Part shown: piece by piece, positions 19,242-27,556 of the stretch
Position numbering within the stretch: the first letter of the stretch is position 1
How the letters are laid out: each line of letters begins with the position of its first letter
The notes under the pieces: model-generated
Databases searched by the model: none
Told to the model about the DNA's origin: nothing
Seen by the model: only the letters and a program-made list of their open reading frames with translations
Translations under genes and position numbers: made by a program
Source: Bacteroidales bacterium
GTDB lineage: Bacteria; Bacteroidota; Bacteroidia; Bacteroidales; WCHB1-69
Direction: 5' to 3'
DNA length: 64,000 nucleotides
Assembly: GCA_017962845.1 (NCBI GenBank)
Contig: JAGCUN010000012.1
Location: 8,175 to 72,174, forward strand

Positions 19242-20066
19242 ATGGAAATCAAAGCAGCACAAGTCAATGAGCTGAGAAAAATGACCGGTGTCGGTATGAT
19301 GGATTGCAAGAACGCCCTCGTAGAAGCAGAAGGCGATTTCGACAAAGCTATCGACATCCTCAGAAAAAAAGGCCAGAAAGTCGCCGCTAAGCGTGCCGAC
19401 CGTACTGCCGACCAGGGCCGCGTAGTGGCTAAGGTCAACGCCGACAGCACCAAGGGTTACATCCTCGTGCTCAGCTGCGAAACCGACTTCGTCGGAAAGA
19501 ACGCAGAATTCGTTGCCGCCAGCGAGCAGTTCATTGACCTCGCCATGAAGGCTAACGCCAAAACTCGCGAAGAGGTACTCGCTCTCGACGTGGACGGCCG
19601 TACCATCGCCGATCATATTTCTGACCTGATGGGCAAAACTGGTGAAAAGATCGAGCTCCCCGCCTTCAACGTTATCGAGGCAGCTCACGTTACCGCTTAC
19701 AACCACATGGGCAACCGCCTCGCCTGCATCGCCGGTTTCAACATCGCTGGTGTTGATGAGGCCGCTCATGAAGTAGCCCTCCAGATCGCCGCTATGAACC
19801 CGGTTGCCCTCAACGCCGAGTCCATCCCGCAGGCCACCATCGATCACGAACTCGAAGTGGCTCGCGAGACCATCCGTCAGGAAGGCAAACCCGAAAACAT
19901 GGTGGACAAGATCGCCCAGGGTAAGCTCAACAAGTTCTTCAAGGAAAACACCCTTCTTGCTCAGGACTACTATGCCGACAACAAGATGAGCGTGACCGAC
20001 TTCCTCAAGAAGACCAACCCCGACCTCACCTGCACCGGTTTCTACCGTCTGCAGCTCGGCGCATAA
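19242..20066 (+). CDS. tsf: Translation elongation factor Ts
   Basis: VNELRKMTGVGMMDCKNALVEAEGD UBA-like N-terminus, then the EF-Ts core. Confidence 0.95.
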   Translation: MEIKAAQVNELRKMTGVGMMDCKNALVEAEGDFDKAIDILRKKGQKVAAKRADRTADQGRVVAKVNADSTKGYILVLSCETDFVGKNAEFVAASEQFIDLAMKANAKTREEVLALDVDGRTIADHISDLMGKTGEKIELPAFNVIEAAHVTAYNHMGNRLACIAGFNIAGVDEAAHEVALQIAAMNPVALNAESIPQATIDHELEVARETIRQEGKPENMVDKIAQGKLNKFFKENTLLAQDYYADNKMSVTDFLKKTNPDLTCTGFYRLQLGA

Positions 20067-20092
20067 CCGACATACAGGTCGTTTCAATAAAA

Positions 20093-20122
20093 ATCCCGAT
20101 GCCTTTGGTATCGGGATTTTTG
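20093..20122 (+). terminator. Intrinsic terminator of the ribosomal/tsf operon
   Basis: Stem ATCCCGAT/ATCGGGAT with a 9-nt loop, followed by TTTTTG. Confidence 0.8.
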
Positions 20123-20148
20123 TTGTTGTTTGGGGTGGGACAATGATT

Positions 20149-20511
20149 TTAACAGCCCAACATCTCGGCAGGTGTAATTTTCAGGGCCTGACAGAGCAAA
20201 CGAGCAACCCGTAAAGTGGGCTCCGCACGCCCTGCCACGTAATCATTGATTCTCGATGGGCTTACTCCAATCTGCTGAGCGAGCTGCTTCTGAGTCATTC
20301 CCTCATCTTCAAGAGACATTTCAATCAACTCAGCTACAGTGGGTTTGCTGATGGGATAATGCTCTTTCTCATAATTAATTACAATATCCGACATCAACGT
20401 CAATTCGATGGCGTTGCGGTCATTGGCGGGTGTATCATCTTGCACCAGAGGAAGAAGCTCCTCAATTCTCGCCAAAGCGAATTCATACTGTGCTTTTGTT
20501 GTTGTATTCAT
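20149..20511 (-). CDS. higA: HigA-family antitoxin (XRE HTH)
   Basis: C-terminal HTH MTQKQLAQQIGVSPSRINDYVAGR. The gene lies directly downstream of higB with a 2-nt gap. Confidence 0.8.
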   Translation of the reverse strand: MNTTTKAQYEFALARIEELLPLVQDDTPANDRNAIELTLMSDIVINYEKEHYPISKPTVAELIEMSLEDEGMTQKQLAQQIGVSPSRINDYVAGRAEPTLRVARLLCQALKITPAEMLGC

Positions 20512-20513
20512 AA

Positions 20514-20813
20514 CTATATGGTTGTCGCGTCAATTTTATCATACTCACTATGAGTTCCAACAAATCGGATAAAGAGATGACCGATAGTGAATTTCACCAC
20601 CACCACCAAGCGATACCGATTCCCTCTTATGTTAAACACATAATGTTGGTTGCCCACATAATCCGTCTGTGGGAAATCTGCTTTGATATCGGACAGATTG
20701 TTCCATACGGCTTTTTCCGCAAGGTCGTACCACCTTTCCAAAGCCGTCTTGGAGTCTGCATGACCCTCTGACTCATAAAACTCCACCAATTTTCTGTGCG
20801 ATACTATTCTCAT
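20514..20813 (-). CDS. higB: HigB-family type II toxin (mRNA interferase)
   Basis: 99 aa. WYDLAEKAVWNNLSDIKADFPQTDYVGN..YVFNIRGNRYRLVV..THSEYDKI is the typical HigB pattern. Confidence 0.8.
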   Translation of the reverse strand: MRIVSHRKLVEFYESEGHADSKTALERWYDLAEKAVWNNLSDIKADFPQTDYVGNQHYVFNIRGNRYRLVVVVKFTIGHLFIRFVGTHSEYDKIDATTI

Positions 20814-20956
20814 ATCGGGTGCAAAAATACAAATAAAATTTGAATTACAATATAATCTATAATATTTATTTTAATTTTCAAAATTACCAATCCTCATTTC
20901 ATTGTATGAAAATTTCATGTAAATTTGCCGATTGAAAATGCTAAAATCCGACAGAC

Positions 20957-21367
20957 ATGAAAAAGATTTCCCTTTTTATCATCACCCTGTTGCTCATGGT
21001 GGGAGCCGTGGCGCAAGATTTACCCACAAAAAGAGCTGAATTCCCGGGAGGGATGGGCGCCTTAATACAGTTTATTCAGGCAGAGTGCCAGTATCCGAAA
21101 GAGGCGATGGATCAGAACATCCAAGGAACGGTGCTGGAGGAGTTTATTATTGATAAGGAAGGGAACGTCACCAATGTGAATGTGTTGAAGTCGGCCCATC
21201 CCCTGTTGGATGCCGAAGCGGTGAGGGTGTGCCGCGCCATGCCCCAATGGACGCCCGCTCAGGATGGGGAGGGAAAATACGTGAAATCTACGTTCCAGCT
21301 GCCTTTCACCTTTCAGTTTGACGAGAGCAAGAAGGCAAAGAAAGAGAAGAAGAAGGGGAAGAAGTGA
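20957..21367 (+). CDS. TonB C-terminal domain protein (short, secreted/anchored)
   Basis: AEFPGGMGALIQFI..YPKEAMDQNIQGTVLEEFIIDKEGNV matches the TonB_C fold. Lysine-rich tail. Confidence 0.75.
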   Translation: MKKISLFIITLLLMVGAVAQDLPTKRAEFPGGMGALIQFIQAECQYPKEAMDQNIQGTVLEEFIIDKEGNVTNVNVLKSAHPLLDAEAVRVCRAMPQWTPAQDGEGKYVKSTFQLPFTFQFDESKKAKKEKKKGKK

Positions 21368-21383
21368 CAATAGGGACGCACCA

Positions 21384-21932
21384 TCACTCCTTTTTCTCAC
21401 GATGTACGGTATGACGGAACTTGAGCATGGCGAGGTTGAGTTCGATGGTGGTTTCGCTGCTCTGTTTCGGCAATACGTCCGACATCAAATCCTCCACCAA
21501 TTGGCCGCTTCGGTGTGCCAATTTTTTCTGAATATCCTTATTCTCTTGTTGTTTGGGAATTTCCACGATTACCCGCGACAGCTCCTTCAACTTGGCGTAG
21601 GCTTCCACGATGGCGATGGTGGTCTGTACTGCTCGCGGACTCTTCAAGATGGTGGCCAGCATATAGAGCCCTTTCTCGGTGAAGGCTTTGGGAAATTGTC
21701 GAGTCTTGGAGAATTTTGCGGTCAAAATTTTTGACCGCAAAATAGTAAATTCCTGACTGTCAATTTGAAAAATATAGCCTTCTGGAAATTTCTCGGGATT
21801 GTTTCTCACTGCTTGATTGATTTCTTTGGTCTCTACACCGTACAGTTCGGCGACATCACAGTCGAGGATGACCTGCTGGTCGCGAAGGGTGATGATTTTT
21901 TCTTCTACTTGAGGAAGCAAATTAGTTTTCAT
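21384..21932 (-). CDS. ORF6N (KilA-N-related) DNA-binding domain protein
   Basis: IITLRDQQVILDCDVAELYGVETKEINQAVRNNPEKFPEGYIFQ is the ORF6N signature. ATG at 21932, with a minus-strand TATCTTTG box at 21971-21978. Confidence 0.75.
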   Translation of the reverse strand: MKTNLLPQVEEKIITLRDQQVILDCDVAELYGVETKEINQAVRNNPEKFPEGYIFQIDSQEFTILRSKILTAKFSKTRQFPKAFTEKGLYMLATILKSPRAVQTTIAIVEAYAKLKELSRVIVEIPKQQENKDIQKKLAHRSGQLVEDLMSDVLPKQSSETTIELNLAMLKFRHTVHREKKE

Positions 21933-21970
21933 AGTTTTAAAATTTAAGTTAGTAATAACATTTACGTCCG

Positions 21971-21978
21971 CAAAGATA
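21971..21978 (-). promoter_or_regulatory. -7 promoter box TATCTTTG (minus strand) for the ORF6N gene
   Basis: Exact TAnnTTTG, about 39 nt upstream of the ATG. Confidence 0.5.
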
Positions 21979-22242
21979 CACCATTCAGAATTTAAAATCA
22001 AGGCCCTTAAAAAATTATTTCACTGAAAATCAATGAAATAAAAATGCAATTTTTCATCAAAAAATGGTCAGAAATCTCGACAAAAACCACAAATGGCCAA
22101 AAAAGTGCAATTTTTGATTATGCAGAATTATAGCATAGTTGAGAATCGTTTCGGAGAAATTGGAGAGGATTATCCGCAGGCCGAAAGAGACCGTGAATGG
22201 CGCGGATGGGGGGCGGATTGCGACCGGTTAATGGCGACGGCC

Positions 22243-22270
22243 TGTAGGGGCGAATAATCATTCGCCCCTA
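22243..22270. repeat. Perfect palindromic element GTAGGGGCGAAT-AATC-ATTCGCCCCTAC
   Basis: 12-bp arms. A degenerate copy sits at about 27473-27500 in the same flanking context (GACGGCCTGTA...GATTGG). Confidence 0.85.
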
Positions 22271-22465
22271 CGATTGGCGTGTTATTTGCCGCGATAATGT
22301 CCGACCAACCGCGGCACGCTGACTGGAAGATAGAACCTGACGGGGTGTATGCCGCGGAAGAACGGGGAGTAAGTTCTTGTGAGGTACCAACATGAGGCAA
22401 CAGAGATGTTGGAATAAAAATCATGAAAATTTTGTAAAACAGCAGATGGTTTTACAAAATTGTTG

Positions 22466-22473
22466 TATCTTTG
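22466..22473 (+). promoter_or_regulatory. -7 promoter box TATCTTTG followed by about 280 nt without an ORF
   Basis: Exact TAnnTTTG. The next plausible ATG is at 22756. Confidence 0.4.
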
Positions 22474-22755
22474 CCGCTGGTTAAAGTGTATGCTTTGCCA
22501 ACTATTTATTGAAACAACGAAGCGTTATGCTCGTCTTGTAAGTGAAAACGTGAGAAATTTTCAACAATGGCAAGAGAGTGTAAAAGGTTCGCGTATATAG
22601 CGTGGGCTGATTGCAACTTTTTCCATTAGGGTAATTCTCACGACCTTCACTTAAAGAAGTGGTATATCAGTGCCACGCTTCTTTTGTATATTTTGCTCTT
22701 TGAGGTACGGAGGGGCACCCAACAGTTGCGCCCGACACGTACAAGGGAATTGAGT

Positions 22756-22983
22756 ATGGCAGGAACACCCATAACACCTCAACGTCTTCTTCAGAATGGT
22801 TTTGAAGAAAAATTAATTAATGGCCAGATTTTTTATGTAAAGGAACAAAAATCGGTTACTTATTCGTTTGTTTGGATTCCTTGCAATATGGGTTTGGGTC
22901 AGCCACTTTGCTCGAAAACATACGTAAATACTATGGAAGAATTAGAACAATTAATGCAGGAAGGAGGGCGATATGACAAATAA
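22756..22983 (+). CDS. Small hypothetical protein (75 aa)
   Basis: ATG at 22756. Its stop overlaps the next ORF's start (ATGACAAATAA), suggesting translational coupling. No recognisable motif. Confidence 0.35.
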   Translation: MAGTPITPQRLLQNGFEEKLINGQIFYVKEQKSVTYSFVWIPCNMGLGQPLCSKTYVNTMEELEQLMQEGGRYDK

Positions 22984-23509
22984 GTTTATGTATGTTGTAA
23001 AATCCTTTATTTTTGCATTTGGAATCATAGTGCTTAGTATCGGGTGCTCTAATAGCACAGACTGTTCGGATGAGAATTCTTCACAAAGTCAATCTTATAG
23101 TTCATCCGATGAATCAAATGTCAAACCGCAAAGCAGCACATTGAAAAATTCTGAAACAGAAGAGCTTACAAACACTTCTTCTCCCACCTCACAAAAAGAA
23201 GAGGTAGAGAAATACACTTTTACCGATGATAGAGGTGTTAAATTCATTCTGACATTAAATCCAGACAAAACAGTGATCACAAAATGTGGTGACAATCTTT
23301 ATTATGGGCATTGGTATGATTATCATGATTTTAATGACAGTAGAGCAATTAGCGTTACTGGCGACGAGCCTCCTATTGCTTTCCCCAATCGTGCCTCCCT
23401 TGGAGGATTAGCTCTTATCTTAACAAATGATAATTTTTTGTATGTTGACTGCTTCGCTGCTGAATCAAAAAATCCCAAAGCACGACTTAAAGTTGAAAAA
23501 GCAAGATAG
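22973..23509 (+). CDS. Hypothetical lipoprotein (178 aa)
   Basis: Signal peptide plus lipobox LSIGCSNS and a Ser/Glu-rich linker. AT-rich relative to the flanks. Confidence 0.5.
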   Translation: MTNKFMYVVKSFIFAFGIIVLSIGCSNSTDCSDENSSQSQSYSSSDESNVKPQSSTLKNSETEELTNTSSPTSQKEEVEKYTFTDDRGVKFILTLNPDKTVITKCGDNLYYGHWYDYHDFNDSRAISVTGDEPPIAFPNRASLGGLALILTNDNFLYVDCFAAESKNPKARLKVEKAR

Positions 23510-23797
23510 TCTAACTTTTACGTTTGAACGGGACTTTATGAAAAAAATGTCCCATTTTTTGAAGTTGTAAGGAAAACAAGTGAACGTTTCGCATCGATCC
23601 GTATAACTTGCTGTTTATTAGTAGTGTGCCTCCAGCACGCCCATCCCCCGCGCGGTTTCCCACCTCAGACTGCGGACTCAAGAGGCCTTGTCTGAGGTTA
23701 CTGGGAGTGCGTCCCTTCGGGACGCGGACGGGATGGATGATAAATGCCTTGCGCAACGATAAAACGGAAACACTCCGTTGTGAACCAGCGGCTTCTT

Positions 23798-24736
23798 TTA
23801 CTTCAAAAAAGCCAACACCATCTCGGGGGAGAAATCTACTTTGATGACGGTGCAAAGGCCATGCCCCATGTCTTTGGCCGATGCACCGAGCAGCCATACT
23901 TCGTCGTCTATAATCAGATAGCGGTCGTGGATATGCAGCGGGAGCTGAATCTTCTTGATCTCTGCATTTTGCTCGTTATGCTTTGCAAAGTCCAATTCCG
24001 TCTGCTTGCTGAAGCGAGTATGCACTGTGCATTCAACACCAGAGGCTCGCTTGTCGAGCAAGAGCAAAGTGCGCTCGTCCACATAATTGTCAATAAGGAT
24101 AATGCGCTGCTGGGCACGCCTCACAAGGCTGCTCAAAAAAGCATAAGCGTTCCACACGCATCCTGTAGCAAACAATTCTTCTGTGGTAACTGCGGGTGAC
24201 AGTTCTTCAATCTTGTCCAATACCACATCAAGTTTCTTGTCAGTCTCTATTTGCTTCTGCTCCAACACGCCAACGCGTTGAAACAACCCGGCGTTGGCGG
24301 TGATAAAGCGACGCATGGCTACAAAGGCATCCATGATTCTCACACTCGCATCTTCTGCCACATCAGAGTGAAGCACAGCACTTAACTGTGCGACTCCTTG
24401 CTCCGTAAAAGCATAGGGGCATCTTCTCGCTCCCATCTTAAATGCTTCAATCTCCTCCTGTGAGTAAAGATTGGAGGTCACAATTTGTGACTTCCAATTC
24501 TCAAACTCTTCCTTGGTCAGTTGAAACATGAAGCGTTCAGGGAAGCGTCTCATGTGACGTTTTACGGCCTGGTTTAGTGCCTTCGTTGCCACATGATATA
24601 GGATGGCCAAGTCCCTATCAAGCATAACCTGAACACCTCGGATCATGAATATTCTGGCCTGAATCTCTGCGAGCGTCACGGTCCGACTGTCGTGCAACAC
24701 AACGGCTTTGATATCATTGGGTTGATTCTCTTTCAT
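23798..24736 (-). CDS. ORF6N domain protein with coiled-coil linker and C-terminal PLD-like (HxR variant) module, paralog 1
   Basis: N-terminal IFMIRGVQVMLDRDLAILYHV..LNQAVKRHMRRFPERFMFQLT. C-terminal RIILIDNYVD...HIHDRYLIIDDEVWLLGAS. Confidence 0.8.
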   Translation of the reverse strand: MKENQPNDIKAVVLHDSRTVTLAEIQARIFMIRGVQVMLDRDLAILYHVATKALNQAVKRHMRRFPERFMFQLTKEEFENWKSQIVTSNLYSQEEIEAFKMGARRCPYAFTEQGVAQLSAVLHSDVAEDASVRIMDAFVAMRRFITANAGLFQRVGVLEQKQIETDKKLDVVLDKIEELSPAVTTEELFATGCVWNAYAFLSSLVRRAQQRIILIDNYVDERTLLLLDKRASGVECTVHTRFSKQTELDFAKHNEQNAEIKKIQLPLHIHDRYLIIDDEVWLLGASAKDMGHGLCTVIKVDFSPEMVLAFLK

Positions 24737-24740
24737 GGTG

Positions 24741-24748
24741 CAAAAGTA
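24741..24748 (-). promoter_or_regulatory. -7 box TACTTTTG (minus strand), 4 nt from the ATG of ORF6N paralog 1
   Basis: Exact TAnnTTTG. An identical arrangement occurs at 28776-28783 for paralog 2. Confidence 0.45.
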
Positions 24749-24800
24749 CGATTTTCATTTCATATAATAGCAATTTATTATATAAAATTTAACTTTTGTA

Positions 24801-24883
24801 CGCGGCAGGGATAGGAGCGGCACGAGCGCAGCGAGTAAAGCGGATAGCCCGACGGCGACCGCAGGGAGCCGGGCCGCCCAAAT
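24801..24883. repeat. 83-bp GC-rich repeat, copy A
   Basis: CGCGGCAGGGATAGGAGCGGCACGAGCG.AGCGAGTA.AGCGGATAGCCCGACGGCGACCGCAGGGAGCCGGGCCGCCCAAA. Near-identical copies lie at 27717-27799 and 28836-28918. Confidence 0.9.
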
Positions 24884-25001
24884 AAAAAATTAAAAACCTA
24901 TCATTTTGAATTTCAGAGGCATTGCGGAACAGCATATTTTTTGGTAATTTTGCAACCGAAAATTCGTATCCCCCAAAAGGATGCCCATAACCTCTACCGC
25001 A

Positions 25002-27308
25002 ATGAGAAAGCTGTTTGTTTTTGTGATTTTCTGTGGACTGCTCCCGTTTTTTACCGTCGGAGCGGCCCTCCCGATGCGCACTGCCACCCCCAGCCACCCT
25101 GCCGAAACATCCGCCAGTGATTCGTTGGGGATGAGTGAGAAGAATTGCGCTGAGTGTTCGGTGAAGAAGCTGGCATACAGGATTTTACAAGAGAAGGCCT
25201 GCAAATTCCTCTTCGTATGCAAGCCGCAAGAGGAGGATTATTTCGTCATTGAGGAGGATCCGGAGTCCGCGGGCATCATCCGTATCACGGGCAACAACGC
25301 CAACTCGATTGCCACGGGGCTGAACTACTACCTGAAACACGTCGCCGGCGTGCATGTGTCGTGGCTGCTGTGCGAGCCGGTGGAGACACCCGAGGCCTTT
25401 CGAGTACCCAGCAAGCCCATCCGCAAGGAGGCCCTCGTGAAAGACCGTTTCTTCCTGAACTACTGCACTTACGGCTACACCATGCCGTGGTGGAAATGGG
25501 AGCAGTGGGAGCGGTTTATCGACTGGATGGCACTGAACGGCATCACCATGCCGCTGGCCATCACGGGACAGGAGGCCGTATGGTACGAGGTGTGGAAGGA
25601 GTTCGGCATGACCGACGAGGAGATTCGCAGCTACTTCTCGGGACCGGCGCACCTGCCGTGGCACCGCATGGCCAACCTCGACGGTTTCGGCGGACCACTG
25701 CCGATGTCGTGGCTGGAGGGACAGAAGGAGCTGCAGAAGCAGATTGTGGCCCGCGAGCGCGAGTTCAACATGACGCCGGTGCTGCCTGCCTTCGCCGGTC
25801 ACGTGCCCAAACGGTTCGCCGAGATGCACCCCGATGCCGATATCCAGCAGCTGAGCGCGTGGTGCGGCTTCGAGCCCACCTATTTCCTCAACTCCTCCGA
25901 CCCGCTGTTCGCCCAAATCCAGAAGTCGTTTTTGGAGAAACAGACCGCCCTGTTCGGCACCGACCATATCTACGGCGTGGACCCCTTCAACGAGATGGAC
26001 CCGCCCAGCTGGGAGCCCGACTACCTCGCCAATGTGGCCCGCAACATCTACGGCTCGCTGCAGCAATGCGACCCCGCCGCCCGCTGGCTACAGATGACCT
26101 GGGTGTTCTACTACAAACGCCAATCATGGACACCGGAGCGATTGCGAGCCTACCTCACCGCCGTGCCGCAGGACCAGCTGGTGCTGCTCGACTATTTCTG
26201 CGAGAAGACGGAGGTGTGGCGCACCACCGAGGGTTTCTACGGGCAGCCCTTCATCTGGTGCTACCTCGGCAACTTCGGCGGCAACACCATGCTGGTGGGC
26301 AACCTCAACGAGTTGGAGAAGAAACTTGCCGCCGCCTTGGAGGAGGCGGGACCGAACATGACCGGCATCGGCTCCACGTTGGAATCCTTCGACGTGAGTC
26401 CGCAGATTTACGAGTACCTCTTCGACCGTGCGTGGGAGAAGCAACCCGATGTGCATGAATGGATTAAGGATTGGAATTTTATAAGAATGGGCACCACCAT
26501 CCACGAAGACAAATGGCTGCTTTTGAATGACAGTATCTATAAGGACTGGTCGTTTTACGGTCTCGGCACCCAATTGGTGGCGCGGCCTTCGTTGGAAGGG
26601 CATGGCACCTACTACACCAAGCCGTACTATTCGTACAACAACGACACGCTGAAAAACATTTGTAAGGCATTCGTCAATAAATACTCGTATGGAGTAAGTA
26701 GCTTCAGTAGCGGTACCGTCTATAAAGACACGTATAAATACGACCTCGTCAACCTTTTCTCGCAGTGGATGGGCAACCACTTCATGGACATCCGCAACAA
26801 TTTCACGGTGGCGTACAAGAACCGCGATATCAAGGAGATGAAACGGCAGGTGAAGCTCGCCAATCAGTTATTTGAGGATGTGGATGTGCTGTTGAACACG
26901 CATCCGGCCTTCATGCTTGGACCGTGGATTGAGGCGGCCCGTGCATGGGGAGTTACGGAAGAGGAGAAGGACTACTATGAGCGGCAGGCGCGCACGTTGC
27001 TCACCATCTGGGGCGGACCGATTCTGAACGACTATGCCAATCGGATGTGGGGTGGCTTGGTGAAGGACTATTACGCCCAGCGATGGAACCTCTTCTTCGA
27101 GGCGGTCATCCAGGCGGTGAAAGAGGGCAAGGAGTTCGATGAAAAAGCGTTTGGGAAAGAGCTCTCCAAGTTTGAGTGTGCCTGGACGGAGCGTCACACG
27201 AAGTACCCGGTAGAGCCGCAGGAGGTGGAGTACAAAATAGGGTTAGGACCTAACCATCCGACCTATCGGGCGGCAAAGATGATTTATGAGAGGTGGATGA
27301 AGGAGTGA
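25002..27308 (+). CDS. Alpha-N-acetylglucosaminidase (GH89, NAGLU-like)
   Basis: Signal peptide from ATG 25002. NAGLU-type motifs WWKWEQWERFIDWMALNGI, FSGPAHLPWHRM, PAFAGHVP. Confidence 0.9.
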   Translation: MRKLFVFVIFCGLLPFFTVGAALPMRTATPSHPAETSASDSLGMSEKNCAECSVKKLAYRILQEKACKFLFVCKPQEEDYFVIEEDPESAGIIRITGNNANSIATGLNYYLKHVAGVHVSWLLCEPVETPEAFRVPSKPIRKEALVKDRFFLNYCTYGYTMPWWKWEQWERFIDWMALNGITMPLAITGQEAVWYEVWKEFGMTDEEIRSYFSGPAHLPWHRMANLDGFGGPLPMSWLEGQKELQKQIVAREREFNMTPVLPAFAGHVPKRFAEMHPDADIQQLSAWCGFEPTYFLNSSDPLFAQIQKSFLEKQTALFGTDHIYGVDPFNEMDPPSWEPDYLANVARNIYGSLQQCDPAARWLQMTWVFYYKRQSWTPERLRAYLTAVPQDQLVLLDYFCEKTEVWRTTEGFYGQPFIWCYLGNFGGNTMLVGNLNELEKKLAAALEEAGPNMTGIGSTLESFDVSPQIYEYLFDRAWEKQPDVHEWIKDWNFIRMGTTIHEDKWLLLNDSIYKDWSFYGLGTQLVARPSLEGHGTYYTKPYYSYNNDTLKNICKAFVNKYSYGVSSFSSGTVYKDTYKYDLVNLFSQWMGNHFMDIRNNFTVAYKNRDIKEMKRQVKLANQLFEDVDVLLNTHPAFMLGPWIEAARAWGVTEEEKDYYERQARTLLTIWGGPILNDYANRMWGGLVKDYYAQRWNLFFEAVIQAVKEGKEFDEKAFGKELSKFECAWTERHTKYPVEPQEVEYKIGLGPNHPTYRAAKMIYERWMKE

Positions 27309-27417
27309 GGATGTGAGGAAAGGATGAAAAGATTAAAAGATGATGTGAGGATATGAGGATGGGAGGAAGGGATGAAAAGATTAAAAGATGAAGGGATTAA
27401 GAGATGAAGGGGGATGA
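27275..27417 (+). repeat. 143-nt cytosine-free purine-rich tract containing a duplicated 22-mer
   Basis: No C on the plus strand from 27275 to 27417. GGATGAAAAGATTAAAAGATGA occurs at 27322-27343 and 27370-27391. The tract starts in the last 11 codons of the GH89 gene. Confidence 0.9.
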
Positions 27418-27423
27418 CTGTAG

Positions 27424-27442
27424 GGACGCACGGCGTGCGTCC
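27424..27442. repeat. GC-rich hairpin GGACGCAC-GGC-GTGCGTCC
   Basis: 8-bp arms. Related TAGGGACGCAC fragments occur at about 21372 and GCGTCCC/GGGACGC at about 23709-23725. Confidence 0.7.
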
Positions 27443-27528
27443 GGATTACGACAGGTTGTTTGCGACGGCCTGTATGGGCGAATAATCATTCGCTCCTAAG
27501 ATTGGGGAATCGAATGTATGTCGCGGTC

Positions 27529-27556
27529 GTAGAGACGTTGCGCGCAACGTCTCTAC
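27529..27556. repeat. Perfect 28-nt palindrome GTAGAGACGTTGCG/CGCAACGTCTCTAC
   Basis: It lies inside a segment absent from the otherwise homologous block at 22230-22300. The outer arms match the 17141 element. Confidence 0.85.

Noticed and set aside
22170-22424. 84-aa minus-strand ORF, with similar ORFs at 27446..27739, 24789..25097, 24890..25222 and 23511..23897
   Set aside because: These reading frames run through the GC-rich palindromic and 83-bp repeat elements. They have no start context and give Arg/Pro/Gly/Ala-rich nonsense-like products. I treated them as chance ORFs in repeats.
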